Virus record (IMG/VR): IMGVR_UViG_2061766007_000378
DNA length: 20,000 nt
DNA from: an uncultured virus (IMG/VR IMGVR_UViG_2061766007_000378)
Lineage: Duplodnaviria > Heunggongvirae > Uroviricota > Caudoviricetes
Reading direction: 5' to 3' (one strand)
Under the pieces are notes generated by a model. The model had not been told where the DNA came from and made no database searches. It was given only the letters and a program-made list of their open reading frames with translations. The position numbers and the translations under genes were made by a program. Below, piece after piece: positions 17,867 to 20,000 of this stretch. Within the stretch, counting starts at the first letter, position 1. Every line of letters starts with the position of its first letter.

Positions 17867-19084
17867 TTAACTCCATCCGTTCACTACGAATACGACGTCG
17901 CCTTTTGTTCCTGCAGAAGTCGGAACAGAAGCGACGCACATGCTGGCGACATTCGCTGCGCTCAGCGTAGCTTTCGCGATAGCCGTCTGACCGAACGAGC
18001 TGCTGCCTGAAATGGAGAAGGTTTTGCCGGACGGCATGGTGACTGCAAAGTCATCCGCAGGCGTAAGACCTGTATCGGAATAAGCCGTGGTTCCGTCGAG
18101 CCCGTGAATAACAAACTGGTCGGCTTGCTGCTCCGTATCGACCGTTCCGTCCGTAACGACGAGCTTTGCTCCAGATCCGCGAACGTGCAGACCGTTCGTA
18201 GCGAGCAGCATTCCGTCGTTACTGTCGGACGAGCTGCTGTGACTTCCAGAATAAAAAGTGCTTGTTCCGATCGTCCAGTTAAGTTCCCAAGAAGGCGCTC
18301 CGTTCGGACCGGATTTCAGAAGCTTGCCGTTTAAGAACGTGCTGCCGCTTTTCGGCTGCGGAAGGAACGAAGTCGTTCCGCTGTTCTGCTGATAAGGAAT
18401 TGCTCCGGCTTCGCCTGCGGCAAGAGCCGTTGCAGTATCGGCTTTCTTTACGGTATCGGACCATGTGATTCCGGAACCGTTCCATACGAGAGCCCACTTA
18501 TTAGCGATGCCTGAAGGAACGGCGACAAAGGCCGTCGTGTTCGTTGCGCTCTGATACGCGATCTGGTTCGCCGCTCCGCCGACGAGATTCTGCGCGTTCT
18601 CCGCGGTCGTAGAAACGGGAAGATTCGTAGGATTGTCCCAATACGGAGCGTTCGCTCCCATGCGGAGAACGTATCCGTTGTTTCCTTTTGCGAGGAACGT
18701 CGTAGTGCTTGCGGCGGCTTGATACGGAAGACTACCGGCAGAACCTCCGGCAAGATTAGTCGCCGTTCCGGATGTTCCTCCGCCTCCGCCGGTTTGCATG
18801 CCGTTCAGGATAGCCGCGATCGCTCCGGACAAATCAGATACGGACGTCATCGCGTCGACGTCCATTGTGATCCCAGCCGTTGTGTTAAGAGACGCTAAGG
18901 CGTTCACAAACGACTTCGTAACGAGAGAGGTTTCACGGAGAATTCCGTTAAAGATGCTGGAAGGAAGATCGTCGTTACGCTGGAATCCTGTTTTACACTG
19001 TGTGCTAAGTCCAAGTCCTTCGGATGAAATGACGTTATCGTCTGTATCCGAAGACCAGATGTTTAGTTGATTTGTTATAGACAT
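17867..19084 (-). CDS. Tail fibre protein (405 aa)
   Basis: AAAGGAGG RBS before ATG 19084. N-terminal 'NQLNIW...NVIS...GFQ...SSIFNGILRETS' resembles baseplate-anchoring domains of myovirus fibres. Three Gly/Ala/Thr-rich repeats; C-terminal 'PTSAGTKGDVVFV'. Confidence 0.8.
   Translation of the reverse strand: MSITNQLNIWSSDTDDNVISSEGLGLSTQCKTGFQRNDDLPSSIFNGILRETSLVTKSFVNALASLNTTAGITMDVDAMTSVSDLSGAIAAILNGMQTGGGGGTSGTATNLAGGSAGSLPYQAAASTTTFLAKGNNGYVLRMGANAPYWDNPTNLPVSTTAENAQNLVGGAANQIAYQSATNTTAFVAVPSGIANKWALVWNGSGITWSDTVKKADTATALAAGEAGAIPYQQNSGTTSFLPQPKSGSTFLNGKLLKSGPNGAPSWELNWTIGTSTFYSGSHSSSSDSNDGMLLATNGLHVRGSGAKLVVTDGTVDTEQQADQFVIHGLDGTTAYSDTGLTPADDFAVTMPSGKTFSISGSSSFGQTAIAKATLSAANVASMCVASVPTSAGTKGDVVFVVNGWS
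18287..18763 (-). repeat. Three ~55-aa protein repeats in the tail fibre (A-x2-L-x2-G-x-A-x2-[LI]-x-YQ...TT-x-F...W)
   Basis: ATNLAGGSAGSLPYQAAASTTTFL..., AQNLVGGAANQIAYQSATNTTAFV..., ATALAAGEAGAIPYQQNSGTTSFL... Confidence 0.85.
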
Positions 19085-19108
19085 ACGGAATCCTCCTTTA
19101 TTACTTTT

Positions 19109-19137
19109 ATTATACGATACAAAAATATTTTTGTAAA
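19109..19137 (-). promoter_or_regulatory. Sigma-A/70-type promoter for the structural operon
   Basis: Minus strand TTTACA (19137-19132), 17 nt, TATAAT (19114-19109); lies just upstream of the tail fibre RBS. Confidence 0.8.
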
Positions 19138-19142
19138 TACTA

Positions 19143-19171
19143 TTTACAAAAAATTTTTTATATGATATAAT
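19143..19171 (+). promoter_or_regulatory. Divergent sigma-A/70-type promoter with extended -10
   Basis: TTTACA (19143-19148), 17 nt, TATAAT (19166-19171), with TG at 19163-19164. Confidence 0.85.
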
Positions 19172-19177
19172 ATATTT

Positions 19178-19317
19178 AAATTGAGACGATGCGTGTTGGC
19201 TTGTCCTCATATTCCATAACCTCCCTTTCTAAGCGGATCGCGACGGTAACGCGTGAAGCTGCAAGCGGCTTAAATCCGGTTTTCTCCTTTTCCCGGGTTT
19301 TGGCCGCTTGTTTTTTA
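19178..19317 (+). ncRNA. Candidate ~140-nt small RNA with anti-Shine-Dalgarno segments
   Basis: Lies between a consensus promoter and a strong terminator, with no RBS-led plus-strand ORF. Contains CATATTCCATAACCTCCCTTTC and a TTTTCTCCTTTTC loop. Confidence 0.6.
19262..19316 (+). terminator. Intrinsic terminator
   Basis: CAAGCGGCTtAAATCCGG / CCGGGTTTtGGCCGCTTG stem (G-U pairs valid on the plus strand) followed by TTTTTT. Confidence 0.85.
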
Positions 19318-19364
19318 TCTATCCGTTGGCTTACAAATTTTTAGAAACTGTTTCATCTTTTTAC

Positions 19365-19528
19365 TAAGCCGTGTGCAAACGCTTAAAGTACACGATAAGC
19401 CGAAGTCCGCGCTCGCGCGCGAATCGACGCTCGGCTTACTCGCCGATCGACGGAAAGCTCGTCGGCTTACTTATCGACGGCTCAAAGTCTTCCGCTAAAA
19501 GCTCGGCTTAATATTTAAATTAAATATT
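19365..19528. repeat. Phased CGGCTTA/TAAGCCG repeats plus an AT-rich palindrome
   Basis: TAAGCCG at 19365 and 19396; CGGCTTA at 19432, 19463 and 19504; AATATTTAA-A-TTAAATATT at 19510-19528. Confidence 0.7.
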
Positions 19529-19593
19529 GTATACGCGTGCAGGCAGACGCAAGCGGGCAGGTACAACGGCCAAAATCTATCAAAACCGTCGGC

Positions 19594-19621
19594 TTGGAAG
19601 TTCGTCGATATATGGTATAAT
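19594..19621 (+). promoter_or_regulatory. Sigma-A-type promoter (extended -10) for the rightward ORF
   Basis: TTGGAA (19594-19599), 16 nt, TATAAT (19616-19621), preceded by TG-n. Confidence 0.6.
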
Positions 19622-19726
19622 AATCACGTACGATGAAACAAGGCAATCCACCAAGTCCGACTTGAAAGGCCTCGGACTTCGCTTCGGCTTCGTCGAAAAA
19701 TTTTCAAAAAAAGGAAGAATGAAAAA

Positions 19727-20000
19727 ATGGCAGACTTCACAACACGCAAAACCACAAACGGAGGCGTCATGAGCATTCATGACGGCGCACAACTCACAAC
19801 AAACATTTGGTCGTCCGGTTGGTATGTCGTAGACGACGCAGATGCGATTGCTCGGCTTAAAGAGATCGCAAGCTTCATCAAACGTAGTCTGGATGCCGCG
19901 GCGGACGTCAAGGCAGACAGTTTCTTGACCGACTATCCGACACCCGCAGGGATCGCGCATCCATACAGGCGGGGCGGGGGGGCCCCCCGTGTGGTAAGAC
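19727..20000 (+). CDS. Hypothetical protein, runs off the right end (>=91 aa)
   Basis: Not in the ORF track. AAAGGAAG upstream; open frame MADFTTRKTTNGGVMSIHDGAQLTTNIWSSGWYVVDDADAIARLKEIASFIKRSLDAAADVKADSFLTDYPTPAGIAHPYRRGGGAPRVVR. Alternative start at the second Met, which has a GGAGG just upstream. Confidence 0.55.
   Translation, partial: MADFTTRKTTNGGVMSIHDGAQLTTNIWSSGWYVVDDADAIARLKEIASFIKRSLDAAADVKADSFLTDYPTPAGIAHPYRRGGGAPRVVR

Noticed and set aside
19085..19210. 42-aa N-terminal extension of the tail fibre as the main start
   Set aside because: It runs through the AT-rich divergent promoters, and ATG 19084 has its own promoter and strong RBS. Kept only as a possible minor read-through start.
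19365..19510. CRISPR mini-array
   Set aside because: The repeats are only 7-9 bp and occur in both orientations; no cas genes.
19527..19960. Track ORFs 19527-19772 (+) and 19580-19960 (-)
   Set aside because: They overlap the promoter, leader and the better-supported ORF starting at 19727, and have no convincing RBS.
1..20000. Stop-codon reassignment
   Set aside because: Genes are full length and tightly packed under the standard code; breaks occur only at N-gaps.

Overview
Virion-morphogenesis region of a contractile-tailed (myovirus-like) phage. The GGAGG RBSs and sigma-A-type promoters suggest a Bacillota-like host (inference). The scaffold has eight N-gaps. Nearly all genes are on the minus strand, in this transcription order: tail fibre, Ig/MBG-type adhesin, DUF1073-type portal (broken by co-assembled strain variants), two small ORFs, tail assembly chaperone with a probable -1 frameshift extension, short tape measure, Dit-like protein with a long hydrophobic insert, hub, short spike, baseplate J, DUF2612 wedge, gp25-like wedge, 563-aa acidic modular protein, 687-aa DUF2213-type prohead protease with about 510 aa of extra modules, neck protein, stand-alone scaffold and head cement protein. 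The main candidate system is the two modular head-region proteins. Their small domains are separated by a recurring hydrophobic/T-x-D-(S/A/N/V/T) linker that also occurs in the scaffold and portal N-terminus. This suggests protease-processed polyproteins that load about a dozen small cargo proteins into the capsid. The right end has back-to-back promoters, a candidate anti-SD small RNA, phased CGGCTTA repeats and an unlisted plus-strand ORF. All family assignments come from motif recognition by eye, not from database searches.
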